Notes: generated by a model from the letters alone, not told the origin. 64,000 nt of DNA from Acidobacteriota bacterium (GCA_965209055.1 OZ242374.1:1952001-2016000), one strand, 5' to 3'. Positions 1 through 10,311 are shown, numbered from the stretch's first letter. Numbers and translations are program-made.

Positions 1-1
1 C

Positions 2-586
2 GGCCTGTGGCCTCACGGGTTCGTTCGGGTCGGTCTTGAGGATGTGAGCGATCCCATGATCGCCATCTTCGGGGCTCTACTGCTGTTCGCGCTTTCCGTA
101 CGGCAGCCCAAGCTCCTGGAATGGTCCGACGCCAAGGAGATTCCCTGGGGGGTGCTGATCCTGTTCGGCGGAGGGCTGGCCCTGGCCAACGGGATCCAGG
201 GATCGGGCCTCGGCGCCTGGATGGCCGACCGGTTGTCGATTCTGGAAGGGTTTCCGCATGCCGTGCTGGTCTTGGCGGTGACTCTGGTGGTGATCTTCCT
301 GACCGAACTCACCTCCAACACGGCGACGGCGACCATTTTCATCCCCATCATGGCGGCCCTCGGCGCGGCCACGGGGGAGGAGCCCTACCCGCTGATGCTG
401 GCCGCCACCACGGCGGCATCCTGCGCCTTCATGCTGCCGGTGGCCACACCGCCCAATGCGATTGTCTTCGGATCGGGGCATCTGAGGATCGGAGAAATGA
501 TCCGCGCCGGATTGGCTCTGAACCTGTTTTTTGCCGTTCTACTGTTCGCGGCGGCCACCTGGTGGCTCCCTCTGATCTGGAGTTGA
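2..586 (+). CDS. DASS/SLC13 family sodium:dicarboxylate/sulfate symporter, C-terminal part (5' end outside window)
   Basis: Frame is open from base 2; motifs IPWGVLILFGGGLALA, TELTSNTAT and AFMLPVATPPNAIVF are SLC13/DASS signatures. Confidence 0.9.
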   Translation, partial: GLWPHGFVRVGLEDVSDPMIAIFGALLLFALSVRQPKLLEWSDAKEIPWGVLILFGGGLALANGIQGSGLGAWMADRLSILEGFPHAVLVLAVTLVVIFLTELTSNTATATIFIPIMAALGAATGEEPYPLMLAATTAASCAFMLPVATPPNAIVFGSGHLRIGEMIRAGLALNLFFAVLLFAAATWWLPLIWS

Positions 587-687
587 TCTCGACCCCATCC
601 ATGTCGCCGGCGTTCGCCGGGGCCTGATAAACGACCGGATCTGTGGCGACTCTTCCTGGGTGCACTTAGAGTAAACTCCTTAAATTC

Positions 688-1803
688 ATGGTGAAGACGA
701 AGTCCGCAGACGTCGTTGTCGTAGGCGCGGGGGTCATCGGCTGCGCCGTCGCCTACCATCTGGCCAAGGTGGGAGTGTCGGTCCTGGTTCTGGAACGGGG
801 CCGGGTCGGACGAGAAGCCTCCTGGGCTTCCGCCGGCATCCTGACCCACGCACGTCCCGCGAGCACCCATCCCTACGAGCGCCTGGCGACGTTGAGCCGG
901 AGTCTGTTCGAACCGCTGGTCCAGGAGCTCATTGAGCTGAGTGGAGTCGATCCCGAGTATCGGCCCACCGGCGGCGTTCATGTCTTTCTGGACGACGAAG
1001 GAGTCGAGAGAGCCAGGAACTACTATCGGGGTTCCGTTCTCACGGGCCTCGAGGTCGAGTTCCTGGAGCCGGCCGACCTGTTCGAGCTGGAGCCGGCGCT
1101 CAATCGGGAGGCCCGGGCCGCGATCCGTTTCCCCGGAGACAGCTCGATCCGGCCTCCCCGCCTGGTGCGGGCGCTGTCGCTGGCGGCCCAAAGGCTGGGA
1201 ACGCGGATCCTGGAGCACAGTCCGGTGGTGCAAATGCAGGTCCGGTCCGGACGCGTGACCGACATTCTGACTCCCGAGGAGCGAATCCAAGGGGGAAGCT
1301 TCGTCCTGGCCACGGGCGCCTGGTCCGGTCTGGTGGGCGACCGGGTGGGAGTCAACCTGCCCGTCTATTCCTCCAAGGGCGAAATCGTGCTCCTGGAGTC
1401 GCTGCCGGGAAAATTGGGTCAGATCGTGAACAACAACGGCCACTACCTGGTGCCGAGAAGCGACGGCAAGCTCCTGGTCGGCGCCACCGAGGAAGCGGTC
1501 GGTTTCGACAAAACGAGTACGGTGCACGGAGTCCTGGAACTGCTCGAATGGGCCTATCACGTGGCTCCGGGCCTGTCGGATGCCACGTTCGTGACCTCAT
1601 GGGCCGGCCTGCGGCCGGCCGTTCGCCGGGGTGGACCCTATCTGGGACGCCTCAAGGACTTCGAAAACCTCTATGTCGCTACGGCGCACAACAGCAACGG
1701 TATGCTGCTTTCGCCGGCCTCCGGTCTGCTCATGTCCCAACTGCTGACGAACCGTCCGACCTCTCTGTCCCTGGAACCCTTCGCCGTCCCCGAAACGGGC
1801 TAA
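688..1803 (+). CDS. thiO: FAD-dependent glycine oxidase (DAO family)
   Basis: GAGVIG dinucleotide-binding motif, ASWASAGIL, YLVPRSDG, WAGLRP, H-x-x-NG-x-LL-x-P motifs. Confidence 0.8.
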   Translation: MVKTKSADVVVVGAGVIGCAVAYHLAKVGVSVLVLERGRVGREASWASAGILTHARPASTHPYERLATLSRSLFEPLVQELIELSGVDPEYRPTGGVHVFLDDEGVERARNYYRGSVLTGLEVEFLEPADLFELEPALNREARAAIRFPGDSSIRPPRLVRALSLAAQRLGTRILEHSPVVQMQVRSGRVTDILTPEERIQGGSFVLATGAWSGLVGDRVGVNLPVYSSKGEIVLLESLPGKLGQIVNNNGHYLVPRSDGKLLVGATEEAVGFDKTSTVHGVLELLEWAYHVAPGLSDATFVTSWAGLRPAVRRGGPYLGRLKDFENLYVATAHNSNGMLLSPASGLLMSQLLTNRPTSLSLEPFAVPETG

Positions 1804-2994
1804 GGAAGGTCTGATTAAGTCGAGTCAGCGTTCTGCACGATAATTCTTTCATCATCACTGCGTTGGGGGGAAAGACGATGTCGCAACGGACGTTCGCAGA
1901 TCTGGAATACGACACCAAGAAGCGGGTGACCCGTCGAGAGAAGTTTCTGGCCCGCATGGACGGGTTGATTCCGTGGGAGCATTTGGAAGCCCGGATTGAG
2001 CCGTTTTACCCGAAAGCGGGACGGGGCCGGCGTCCCTACCCGCTCTCGACGATGCTGCGGGTTCACTGCGTGCAGCTGTTTTACAACCTGAGCGATCCGG
2101 GGATGGAAGATCTGCTCTATGAGGTGGAATCGGTGCGGCGGTTCGTGGGCCTGAAGCTCACGGGGCCGCTGCCGGACGAGACGACGATTCTGAAGTTCCG
2201 TCATCGGCTGGAGGAGCATGGTCTGGGGGAGGCGCTGTTCGAGGAGATCGGTTCTCACCTGCAGCGGCAAGGCCTGCGGCTGAGCCGTGGGACGATCGTC
2301 GACGCGAGTATCCTGGCGGCGCCTTCCTCGACGAAAAACAAGGATCGGGCGCGGGATCCGGAGATGCACCAGACGAAAAAGGGAAAACAGTGGTATTTCG
2401 GAATGAAGGCCCACTTGGGGGTGGACGCCCAGACGGGGGTGGCGCACACGGTGGTGACGGCTCCGGCCAACGAGCATGACGTGACGCGGGCCTCCGAATT
2501 GCTGCACGGCTCGGAGTCGCAAGTTTGGGGGGATTCCGGATACCAGGGAGTGCAGAAGCGGTCGGAGAATCGAGATCGGCCGATGGATTGGCAGGTGATG
2601 ATGAAGCCCGGGAAGCGTTGGCAGCTGTCGCCGGAGAGTGAGGCGGCGTTGGCCGAGCGGCGCAAGGCATCGGTTCGGGCGAAGGCCGAACATGTGTTCG
2701 GGTACCTGAAACGGCATTTCGGCTACGCCAAGGTGCGCTACCGCGGGCTGGCGAAAAACACCCAACGGATCTATCTGCTGGTGGGATTCGCCAATCTGAT
2801 GATCGCCGAGCGCTCCGGTGTGACCGCCTGATCGGAATGCGGCACGGCTGTGTTTGAGGCTGGGGAAACCGTCTCGCAATCGCTTGGTCAAGACCAATTC
2901 AGGGTTGCAAATCCCACGTTACAACGCCTGGATCCGAAAAAGGCAGAGATACAAGGTCTGTTTCGCCCCGTATGAGGACTTATTCAGACCTTCC
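1804..2994 (+). mobile_element. IS5-family insertion sequence, 1191 bp, apparently intact
   Basis: IRL GGAAGGTCTGATTAAGTC (1804-1821) matches the reverse complement of 2977-2994 at 17/18; CTAA target duplication at 1800-1803 and 2995-2998 (YTAR target). Confidence 0.95.
1878..2831 (+). CDS. IS5-family DDE transposase
   Basis: Motifs TRREKFL, PDETTILKFR, IVDASI, WYFGMKAH, GDSGYQG, RAKAEHVF, VRYRGLAKN; ATG 1878 chosen over TTG 1863. Confidence 0.95.
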   Translation: MSQRTFADLEYDTKKRVTRREKFLARMDGLIPWEHLEARIEPFYPKAGRGRRPYPLSTMLRVHCVQLFYNLSDPGMEDLLYEVESVRRFVGLKLTGPLPDETTILKFRHRLEEHGLGEALFEEIGSHLQRQGLRLSRGTIVDASILAAPSSTKNKDRARDPEMHQTKKGKQWYFGMKAHLGVDAQTGVAHTVVTAPANEHDVTRASELLHGSESQVWGDSGYQGVQKRSENRDRPMDWQVMMKPGKRWQLSPESEAALAERRKASVRAKAEHVFGYLKRHFGYAKVRYRGLAKNTQRIYLLVGFANLMIAERSGVTA

Positions 2995-3375
2995 CTAAGC
3001 TTGCATCGTGCGCACGCCGTAGAGTGGAATTCGGGCATCCCGGGTGACGATGGTGAGGCCCTCGATTTGAGCCTGGGCGATCAGAAACCGGTCGAACGGG
3101 TCCCGGTGATGCATGGGAAGCTGCGCCGCATGTTCTGCATGATGGAAAGTAAGCGGCAGATGCTCGAAACCCCTTGCCTCAACCTCTGCCGCCAAATTGT
3201 CCGGGGCATCCATACGTCCTTTCGCCACCTTGGCAGCGATTTCCCATGCGGTTATGGCACTGACGAAGACACGATTGCGTGGACTAGCGATAGCTGTATG
3301 CGCCATGGTCGTTAGTCGCGGCACGTTCGACAGGCACCATACGAGCACGTGGGTGTCCAATAGGAGCCGTCGCAT
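2995..3375 (-). CDS. vapC: Type II TA toxin, PIN domain
   Basis: LLLDTH N-terminus, VSAITAWEI, HRDPFDRFLIAQA, TRD. Confidence 0.9.
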   Translation of the reverse strand: MRRLLLDTHVLVWCLSNVPRLTTMAHTAIASPRNRVFVSAITAWEIAAKVAKGRMDAPDNLAAEVEARGFEHLPLTFHHAEHAAQLPMHHRDPFDRFLIAQAQIEGLTIVTRDARIPLYGVRTMQA

Positions 3376-3377
3376 TC

Positions 3378-3629
3378 CTATTCCTCATCCGGGAAGATCT
3401 TCGGGTTTTCGATCAGCTCGATGAGTTCCTCGTCTTCCTCGTCGAAGTCTGGAGACATCCAGAATTGCCCTTCCATACCTCCCATTTTTCGTTCTTCCAA
3501 GCGCTCCCGATAAGGCGTCAAACGCAGCCACGGTTCGCCGGCCCTGGCGATCACGATTTCCTCTCCTTCCCAGGCCAGTTTACCCAGGCGCGACAGTTGC
3601 GATTTCGCCTCGTGCATGTTCACCTGCAT
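3378..3629 (-). CDS. Type II TA antitoxin, Phd/YefM family
   Basis: VNMHEAKSQLSRL...GEEIVIARAGEP; lies directly upstream of the PIN toxin. Confidence 0.9.
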   Translation of the reverse strand: MQVNMHEAKSQLSRLGKLAWEGEEIVIARAGEPWLRLTPYRERLEERKMGGMEGQFWMSPDFDEEDEELIELIENPKIFPDEE

Positions 3630-3639
3630 CTTTGAATCC

Positions 3640-3670
3640 TCTATTAGCTAAGTTTAGCTTAGTCTAGCAG
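3640..3670 (-). promoter_or_regulatory. Putative TA promoter/operator
   Basis: Minus strand reads TGC-TAGACT (extended -10), then the near-palindrome AGCTAAACTTAGCT, then the RBS GAGGA. Confidence 0.5.
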
Positions 3671-3721
3671 AGTCCGCGAATCTTCTCAAGAAAATGAGCA
3701 GGAATTTCAGTCAGGACCGCC

Positions 3722-4804
3722 TCAGCGGGTGAAGAAGGTGCGGCTCAGGTTGTTGCGGCCGTTGGTGACGGTGTAGGTGGAAGCGTCCGCGCTCACCGAC
3801 ACCTTCACCAGGTGACCGGCGCAGTCCTCGTCGCCCCCCAGGTTGGCGATGAAATCCTCCGGGGCGTTGCCGCCCGGACCGGAATCCAGGTTCTTGTGGA
3901 CCTGGAAGATCGCGTCGACGGAGGGGAGCGACTTCAGCAGTCTGAAGACCTCCGGGGCGGCCCCTTTGCGCGAGCCGTTGTTGAAGACGGCCACCCGTGG
4001 GGCGACGGCGGAGACCAGGACCGGGTTGTTGCTGTTGGCGAGCCCGTGGTGGGTGGTCTGGTAGAGGTCGACCTGTCCCAGCAGGTTGGAGGGACACGCC
4101 AGGCGCGATTCCACGTTCCAGGTCAGGTCGCCCAGATCCAGAAACTCGAAGGCCCCGTAGCTCAGGAGCAGGCCCACGCTCCTGGCATTGTCCGTGGTGT
4201 CCTTTTTCTTCCGGGTGAGCTTCCCGCAGGCGGGATTGGAGGGGCCCTCCCCCTCGAGCGTATCGCCGGCCGCAGACACGCACAGGAGTTTTAGGGGCAC
4301 CTGAAGGCTCCGCAGGGGAATCGTGTCTCCAGGCCGGATCCGCTGCCGGTTCCCCCGTGTGGCCCGGATGTACTCCGTGTAGTAGAAGGGGAATTGCGGG
4401 TCCTCCTTGAGCTCGTCCATGGGCCCGTGATCCAGGAAATTGTCGACGGGGATCAATTGAACCAGGCGTCCGATGCCGCCGTAGTGGTCCCGGTGGAAGT
4501 GGGTCGTCACCACGTAGGTGATTCGTTCGAGGCCCGCCGCCCGGGCCACGGCCTCGATTCTCTTGGCGTCCCGGCCGTCCTCTCTCCTCCATCCCGTGTC
4601 GATGAGAATCGATTCCTTCAGCGGGGTGACGATAAACGTCGCGGCGCCCCCTTCGGCGTCGATGAAGTAGATGTCCAAGGTTCGGGCAAGCAGGTGTGGA
4701 CCGGGAAGCAGGAGGAACCCGATCAGCAGCGTTCCCGTGGACCAGCGCCTGGAAGGGATCCGGCAATACCTGCCGAAGCGCGTCGCGAAGAGTCGAAGAA
4801 TCAT
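3722..4804 (-). CDS. Secreted ComEC/Rec2-like MBL-fold metallo-hydrolase
   Basis: Signal-like N-terminus; FIDAEGG, LIDTG, THFHRDHYGG, LGDL, HHG motifs. Confidence 0.85.
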   Translation of the reverse strand: MILRLFATRFGRYCRIPSRRWSTGTLLIGFLLLPGPHLLARTLDIYFIDAEGGAATFIVTPLKESILIDTGWRREDGRDAKRIEAVARAAGLERITYVVTTHFHRDHYGGIGRLVQLIPVDNFLDHGPMDELKEDPQFPFYYTEYIRATRGNRQRIRPGDTIPLRSLQVPLKLLCVSAAGDTLEGEGPSNPACGKLTRKKKDTTDNARSVGLLLSYGAFEFLDLGDLTWNVESRLACPSNLLGQVDLYQTTHHGLANSNNPVLVSAVAPRVAVFNNGSRKGAAPEVFRLLKSLPSVDAIFQVHKNLDSGPGGNAPEDFIANLGGDEDCAGHLVKVSVSADASTYTVTNGRNNLSRTFFTR

Positions 4805-4971
4805 AGCCTTACACCTTAGCACCCCGTATCGGACGACGCCACGGAATCCCGCCGTTCAAGGCATACGGCGCCCGCGGGAAGAGCCTTCGGACGACGGTCC
4901 CGCCCCGGATCCTCATGCCGGGGCCCAAGGCCCATCTGCTATGATCGCCTCCCGGAATCGGGTGAAGTGTC

Positions 4972-6372
4972 ATGTTGAGCCGCGGCGATATTGTGGAGCT
5001 GGAAGTCGAGTCGGCCGCCTACAAGGGGGTCTCGGTGGCGCGCCGGAACGGACTGGTCATCCTGGTCCGGAACGGAGTCCCGGGAGACCGGGTCCGGGCC
5101 CGCGTCGTCAAGAAGAAACGCCAGCATGCGGAAGCCGTGGTGGAGCAGGTGCTGGAGCTGTCTCCCTGCCGGGTCTCGCCGGCCTGCCGCTATTTCGGCA
5201 CCTGTGGAGGATGCAGTTGTCAGAATGTGGACTACCGGAGCCAGCTCTCCTTCAAAAGGGCGCAGGTGGAAGAGACGCTGCAACACCTGGGAGGGATCAC
5301 CGGGGTCGAGGTGAAATCCACGGTGCCCTCTCCCAGCGTCTTCTATTACCGCAACAAGATGGAGTTCACCTTCGGGCCCAACCGGTGGTTGATGCCGGAA
5401 GAGATCCAAAGTGGAGTTCCGCTCAGGAAGGGTTTCGCCCTGGGCCTTCACATCCCCAAGCGCCACGACAAGATCCTGGATCTGGAAACCTGTTTTCTCC
5501 AGAGTCCGGTCAGCGTCCAGGTGGTCAATCGGGTCCGAAGGCTCGCCATGGACGAGGGCTGGCATGTCTACAGCTCGTATTCGGGTGAAGGGTATCTTCG
5601 CAACCTGGTGATCCGAACCGGCTCCAACACGGGCGATTTCATGGTTAATCTGGTGACCCGCCGCCGCCGCCCGGAACGCATGAAGCTGTTGCGTGCCGAA
5701 CTGTTGCGTGAGTTTCCCCAGATCACCACCATCGTCAACAGCATCAACGAGACCCTTTCGCCGGTGGCCTCGGGCCAGGAGGAAGTGGTCTACCACGGCG
5801 ACGGAGTCATCCGGGAGCGCATCGGCGACCTGGAATTCCGGATCGCTCCCACGACTTTCTTTCAGCCCAACACGGCCCAGGCCCGCAATCTGTTCGACGT
5901 GGTGCGGCGGCATGCCGGTCTCACCGGACACGAGATCGTCTACGACCTGTACTGCGGGATCGGGACCATCGCTCTCTTCCTGGCCCGGAGCTGCCAAAAG
6001 GTCGTGGGCATCGACAACCACGCGGCGGCCATTGCCGCCGCCCGGTCAAACGCTCTTGCCAACGGGATCAGGAACTGCACCTTCGTGCTCATGGATGCGG
6101 CCAAGGCGCTGAACCGGAACCTGGTTCTGCGGCAGGGACGTCCCGAGGTCCTGGTGGTGGACCCGCCCCGCGCCGGAATGCACAAGGAGACCTGCCGGTC
6201 CATCCTCCGATTGGCGCCGGAACGGGTCGTCTACGTCAGTTGCAATCCCGCCACCCAGGCCCGCGACCTCAAGATCCTGGCCCAGCGCTACCGGGTGGAG
6301 AGCGTGCGCCCGGTGGACATGTTTCCCCAGACCTACCACATCGAGAACGTCGCCTGCCTGGTCCGGACCTGA
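4972..6372 (+). CDS. rlmD: 23S rRNA (uracil-1939-C5)-methyltransferase
   Basis: TRAM N-terminus, CxxFxxCGGC Fe-S motif, FFQPN, DLYCGIG, DPPRAG, YVSCNP, DMFPQTYHIE. Confidence 0.93.
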   Translation: MLSRGDIVELEVESAAYKGVSVARRNGLVILVRNGVPGDRVRARVVKKKRQHAEAVVEQVLELSPCRVSPACRYFGTCGGCSCQNVDYRSQLSFKRAQVEETLQHLGGITGVEVKSTVPSPSVFYYRNKMEFTFGPNRWLMPEEIQSGVPLRKGFALGLHIPKRHDKILDLETCFLQSPVSVQVVNRVRRLAMDEGWHVYSSYSGEGYLRNLVIRTGSNTGDFMVNLVTRRRRPERMKLLRAELLREFPQITTIVNSINETLSPVASGQEEVVYHGDGVIRERIGDLEFRIAPTTFFQPNTAQARNLFDVVRRHAGLTGHEIVYDLYCGIGTIALFLARSCQKVVGIDNHAAAIAAARSNALANGIRNCTFVLMDAAKALNRNLVLRQGRPEVLVVDPPRAGMHKETCRSILRLAPERVVYVSCNPATQARDLKILAQRYRVESVRPVDMFPQTYHIENVACLVRT

Positions 6373-6377
6373 CGGAC

Positions 6378-7358
6378 TCAACAGGTCAGGACGATCTTGC
6401 CGAAGTTCCCGTTGCTCTCCATGAAGGAATGCGCCTCGGCAGCCAGCTCCAGGGGAAACTCCCGGTCGATGACCGGTGTGAGGACGCCGTTTTCGAAAAA
6501 GGGCAGGATTCGTCGCCGGAACTCCTGGTTGAGACGGATCTTCTCCTCCACCGGACGGGGACGCAGGACCGTCCCGCGAATCCGCAGGCTCTGCTTGAGG
6601 ATCCGCGAGAGGTCGATGGGGGCCGATGGTCCGCCCAGCAACCCGATCAGGATCAGCCGGCCCCGGGGAGCCAGGCAGGAGAGATTCTGCTCCAGATAGG
6701 GCGCGCCGACCATGTCCAGGATCAGGTCGACCCCTCTTCCTCCCGTCAACTCGAGCACGGCTTCCCGGAACTCCCCGCGTTTTGTGAGAAGGGGGTGATC
6801 CAGGCCCAGCTCCCGGCAGCGGTCCAGTTTCGGCCGGGACCGGGAGGTGCCGATGCTCGTGGCCCCGCTCAGACGGCACAGTTGAAGCGCCGCGGTTCCC
6901 ACGCCGCTGCCGGCCCCATGGAGCAGCAGGGTCTGGCCCGGTCCCAGTCCGCCCTGCAGATGGAGGGCGTCGAAGGCGGTCAGGAAGACCTCGGGGATCC
7001 CGGCCGCCTCCTGAAAGCTGAGACAATCCGGTATGGGCAGCGCCAGGCGCTCGGGAGTGACCACCTTCTCCGCATAGCCCGCACCCGGCAACAAGCCCAT
7101 GACCCGTTGTCCCGGCCGGAATTCGGTGACTGCGGGACCGGCCGCTTCCACGGAACCCGCAAACTCGAGACCGGGAATCCGGGGATGGACGCCGGGAGGG
7201 GGCGGATAGAGGCCGCGCCGTTGGAGCAGGTCGGCCCGGTTCAGGGCGGTGGCGCGGACCCGGACCAGGATTTCTCCGGGTGACGGCGCCGGGTCGGGGA
7301 CCTCGCCCGGGCGAAGCGCTTCCGGACCTCCGGGTTCTTGGATCAGGACTGCTCTCAT
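6378..7358 (-). CDS. NAD(P)H-quinone oxidoreductase, PIG3/MDR family
   Basis: ALNRADLLQRRGLYP, PGLEFAG, HGAGSGVGTA, GKIVL. Confidence 0.9.
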   Translation of the reverse strand: MRAVLIQEPGGPEALRPGEVPDPAPSPGEILVRVRATALNRADLLQRRGLYPPPPGVHPRIPGLEFAGSVEAAGPAVTEFRPGQRVMGLLPGAGYAEKVVTPERLALPIPDCLSFQEAAGIPEVFLTAFDALHLQGGLGPGQTLLLHGAGSGVGTAALQLCRLSGATSIGTSRSRPKLDRCRELGLDHPLLTKRGEFREAVLELTGGRGVDLILDMVGAPYLEQNLSCLAPRGRLILIGLLGGPSAPIDLSRILKQSLRIRGTVLRPRPVEEKIRLNQEFRRRILPFFENGVLTPVIDREFPLELAAEAHSFMESNGNFGKIVLTC

Positions 7359-7421
7359 GCCTCTCACGAAACGGCCGGATGCGGGCCAAACCGGTTCCCG
7401 CAGCCGCGCGGTGGGGCTGGG

Positions 7422-7451
7422 GGAGTTCGGCGGTTAGGAATCCGCCGCTCC
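7422..7451 (-). repeat. GGAG-tagged REP-like hairpin
   Basis: Reverse complement GGAGC-GGCGGA-TTCCTA-ACCGCC-GAACTCC; near-identical to the copies at 20301 and 36743. Confidence 0.8.
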
Positions 7452-7594
7452 GCCGTTCCCGCGGCGGGGCTCCGGTGGAAGGGTGCCGGAGGGCTATGCT
7501 AGGAGCCTGCGCCGCAGAAATCAAAATCTTTCAAGTTGCTCCGGCCCCGCAAAGTCTTGGGGCCGGACGCCGGGTCAACTGGTAGACTAGCAAC

Positions 7595-8323
7595 GTGGAC
7601 CTGTTTTCCTTTCTCCGAGGATCGCCGGAGAGACAGATCAGAAGGGCGCGCAAGAAGGTGAAGGAGCCTCACGGGGATCCGGCCGTCCGGATCAATGCCT
7701 GCCGGCGCCTGTACGAGATGGGCACGCCCGAAGCCCTGCTGGCGCTCTTGGACCGCTACACCATCAGCACGTCTCCCCTGATTCGGGACCAGGAGGAAAA
7801 GGAGGAACTGCTCTCCTGGATCGTCCGAATCGATCGGAAAGCCGTCCCCTCCCTGCTCACGTTCCTGAAGCGGGAGAGGCAGGTCTACTGGCCCCTGCGG
7901 GCGCTTCAGGAAATCCTGCCCAGCGACGAATTGGCGGCGCGCATCGACGAGATCCTCCGCTACCATTGGGAATACCCTCCGGCCAGTTCCGAGCCCAAGA
8001 CCCAGTTGATCCGGTCGCTGGAGGAGATTCATTCCGCCGGATTGCTGGAGACGGTGCGGCTGTTCCTGGAGGACGAGGACGACGACGTCTGCCTGGCGGC
8101 GGCGGACTATCTCTTCGGCCGTCCCCAGGAGGAGGGCCGCGAATCGGTGTTGAAGTGCTACCTGGACGCGGAGGACCGCCCCCGGGTCCGCGCCCAGATC
8201 CTGGAGCGTCTGGCGGAGCATGGTTGGAAGGTGACGGGATTTCGAGCCAAGGTGGAGGAGTCCCTTCCGCCGGGATATACGCTCAGCCGCGGCGGCACCT
8301 TGAGGGTGCTGGGTACTCGGTAA
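7595..8323 (+). CDS. HEAT-repeat-like hypothetical protein
   Basis: Helical repeats (DPAVRINACRRL, DEDDDVCLAAADYL, RVRAQILERL); host-like codon usage. Confidence 0.65.
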   Translation: MDLFSFLRGSPERQIRRARKKVKEPHGDPAVRINACRRLYEMGTPEALLALLDRYTISTSPLIRDQEEKEELLSWIVRIDRKAVPSLLTFLKRERQVYWPLRALQEILPSDELAARIDEILRYHWEYPPASSEPKTQLIRSLEEIHSAGLLETVRLFLEDEDDDVCLAAADYLFGRPQEEGRESVLKCYLDAEDRPRVRAQILERLAEHGWKVTGFRAKVEESLPPGYTLSRGGTLRVLGTR

Positions 8324-8357
8324 CCATCCGGTTTGCCGGAGAAAGGATGCGCGTCCC

Positions 8358-8816
8358 TTGATCGAAGGCGTTTCAGTCACGGAGCTGGTGACCCACACCG
8401 ACAGCCGCGGCTTCTTCCGGGAGATTCTCCGGGTGACGGACCATCACTTCCGGGAGGGGTTCGGCCAGTGGAGCCACAGCCTCATGTACACCGGAGTGGC
8501 CAAGGCCTGGCACGTCCACGGCAAGCAGACCGACTGGTGGTACGTGGCGGGCGGCGTTCTGAAGGTGGCCCTGCACGACCGCCGCGGCGGGTCCCCCACC
8601 GAGGGGGAGACCATGGAGCTGTTCATGGGCGACGGATATCCGCCCATCCTGCTGGGAATCCCGCCCGGTGTCGCCCATGGCTGCAAGTGCCTGGCCGGTC
8701 CGGCCCACCTCCTGTATGTGACATCCCGCGTCTACGACCCCGGCGACGAGGGACGGATCCCGCACGACGACCCCGAGATCGGCTATGACTGGGTCGCGGG
8801 ACCGCCCATCCGGTAG
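8358..8816 (+). CDS. dTDP-4-dehydrorhamnose 3,5-epimerase-like cupin (RmlC family)
   Basis: MIEGV...DSRGFFRE, KAWHVH, DRR..SPT, IPPGVAHG, YDP.DE. Confidence 0.85.
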   Translation: MIEGVSVTELVTHTDSRGFFREILRVTDHHFREGFGQWSHSLMYTGVAKAWHVHGKQTDWWYVAGGVLKVALHDRRGGSPTEGETMELFMGDGYPPILLGIPPGVAHGCKCLAGPAHLLYVTSRVYDPGDEGRIPHDDPEIGYDWVAGPPIR

Positions 8817-9326
8817 GGGCAGACGTTGTGGCCGACATCTTCGCTCCGCACCAACTTTCCGACGTTGGCGTGGACCCAGGAGCCGACCAGAAGCGGCGAA
8901 TCTCCAGTCGTCCATTTCACCCACGGTGGTGCCGATTCTCCTTCATGTGCTGCCTTACAGCTGGATTTCTCCGTCTGAAACTGATCCTTACTCCAACCAA
9001 GATGCTTTTCACCCGCATCGCTGAGATAATGGAGAATTCCTGGATCTCGCGTCCAGCATTGTTCGATTCAGACCCATACAGTATGTTGTGATTAGAAACT
9101 TATTCCAGACCCATGGATCCTGGCATCGAAATCTGGACATCCAGGGCGTGGAAATCAGGCGCGAAACACCGTCTCCTGATCATGTCTTCGGTTCCACAAC
9201 CGTTCTTGCAACATATGGGCCGGAGTTCCGAAGCCAGGGACTCAGGGATCTCCCCTGAGAGTTCGTGCCAATCCGCCGTCTCGAAGAATCTCTGCCAACA
9301 GAAACAGAATCACCTGAGGAGTAAGG

Positions 9327-10304
9327 ATGGCTCGTAGCGACCTCCTTGTTTCGCTCGTTCGAGCGGGCGCTTCAGGGAACAGGAAAAAACTCACTGCCGC
9401 CGTTCACGCGATAATCGCAGAAGAGCGTGCAAAACGACACAATATTCTGGCCGAGCGCTTGACCCGCGCATTGCACAACGGCAACGGTAAACGTACCGGC
9501 TTCCTCGAAGTGCAGCCTTCTGCCAGTGCCCGCGACTACGTTCTCGAAGTCACGCCGCGGAAACGACTTGAAGACCTTTTTCTTTCCGAGCTCTGTGAGC
9601 GGGCGTGCCGCGAACTCATTGAGGAACAACACCGCGCTGGTCTTTTGCGTTCGCACAGCCTGGAGCCACGTCACCGCATACTCCTCGTAGGTCCGCCCGG
9701 CAACGGCAAGACTTCATTAGCCGAAGCCATTGCAGAGGCGCTCGCGGTACAGTTTTTCGTCGTTCGCTACGATGCAATCATCGGCAGTTTTCTTGGTGAG
9801 ACGGCGACCCGTCTGCGTCGCATCTTTGACTACGCGCGAACAACACCGTGCGTCCTTTTCTTCGACGAGTTCGACGCCGTGGGTAAGGAACGTGGCGACG
9901 AGAACGAAACGGGGGAAATCAAGCGTGTCGTAACTTCGTTGCTGATGCAGATCGATGACCTGCCCAGCTATACGGTCGTGGTCACGGCATCCAACCATTC
10001 TGAGCTTCTCGACCGCGCTGTCTGGCGGCGGTTCCAACTATGTCTGGAATTGCCAGCGCCGACGCGAGCGCAAATCAGCCGTTACCTGAAAGCGTTTTCC
10101 AGAAGGATGGACGAGCCCCTGGGTGTCTCCCCGGAAAAGATGGCCGAATCCCTTGGCAGGATCAGCTATGCAGAAACGGAAGAGTTCTGCTACGGCATTC
10201 TTAGACGCCATGCACTGTCCATGGGCGAGAAACGCCTAAAGGCCATCGTCGCCGAACAATTGAAGCAGTGGCGGGCAAGAGCGCGTCAACCGGACGTTAG
10301 CTGA
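9327..10304 (+). CDS. AAA+ ATPase of an ietAS-like ATPase/S8 protease system
   Basis: GPPGNGKT, FFDEFDA, GEIKRVVTSLL, SNH..LLD.AVWRRF; N-terminus MARSDLL; directly upstream of an S8 protease. Confidence 0.88.
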   Translation: MARSDLLVSLVRAGASGNRKKLTAAVHAIIAEERAKRHNILAERLTRALHNGNGKRTGFLEVQPSASARDYVLEVTPRKRLEDLFLSELCERACRELIEEQHRAGLLRSHSLEPRHRILLVGPPGNGKTSLAEAIAEALAVQFFVVRYDAIIGSFLGETATRLRRIFDYARTTPCVLFFDEFDAVGKERGDENETGEIKRVVTSLLMQIDDLPSYTVVVTASNHSELLDRAVWRRFQLCLELPAPTRAQISRYLKAFSRRMDEPLGVSPEKMAESLGRISYAETEEFCYGILRRHALSMGEKRLKAIVAEQLKQWRARARQPDVS

Positions 10305-10311
10305 GCCGCGC

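Noticed and set aside
9096-9112. Possible degenerate IS5 end (ACTTATTCCAGACC) upstream of the AAA ATPase
   Set aside because: Short, gapped match with no partner end or target duplication found
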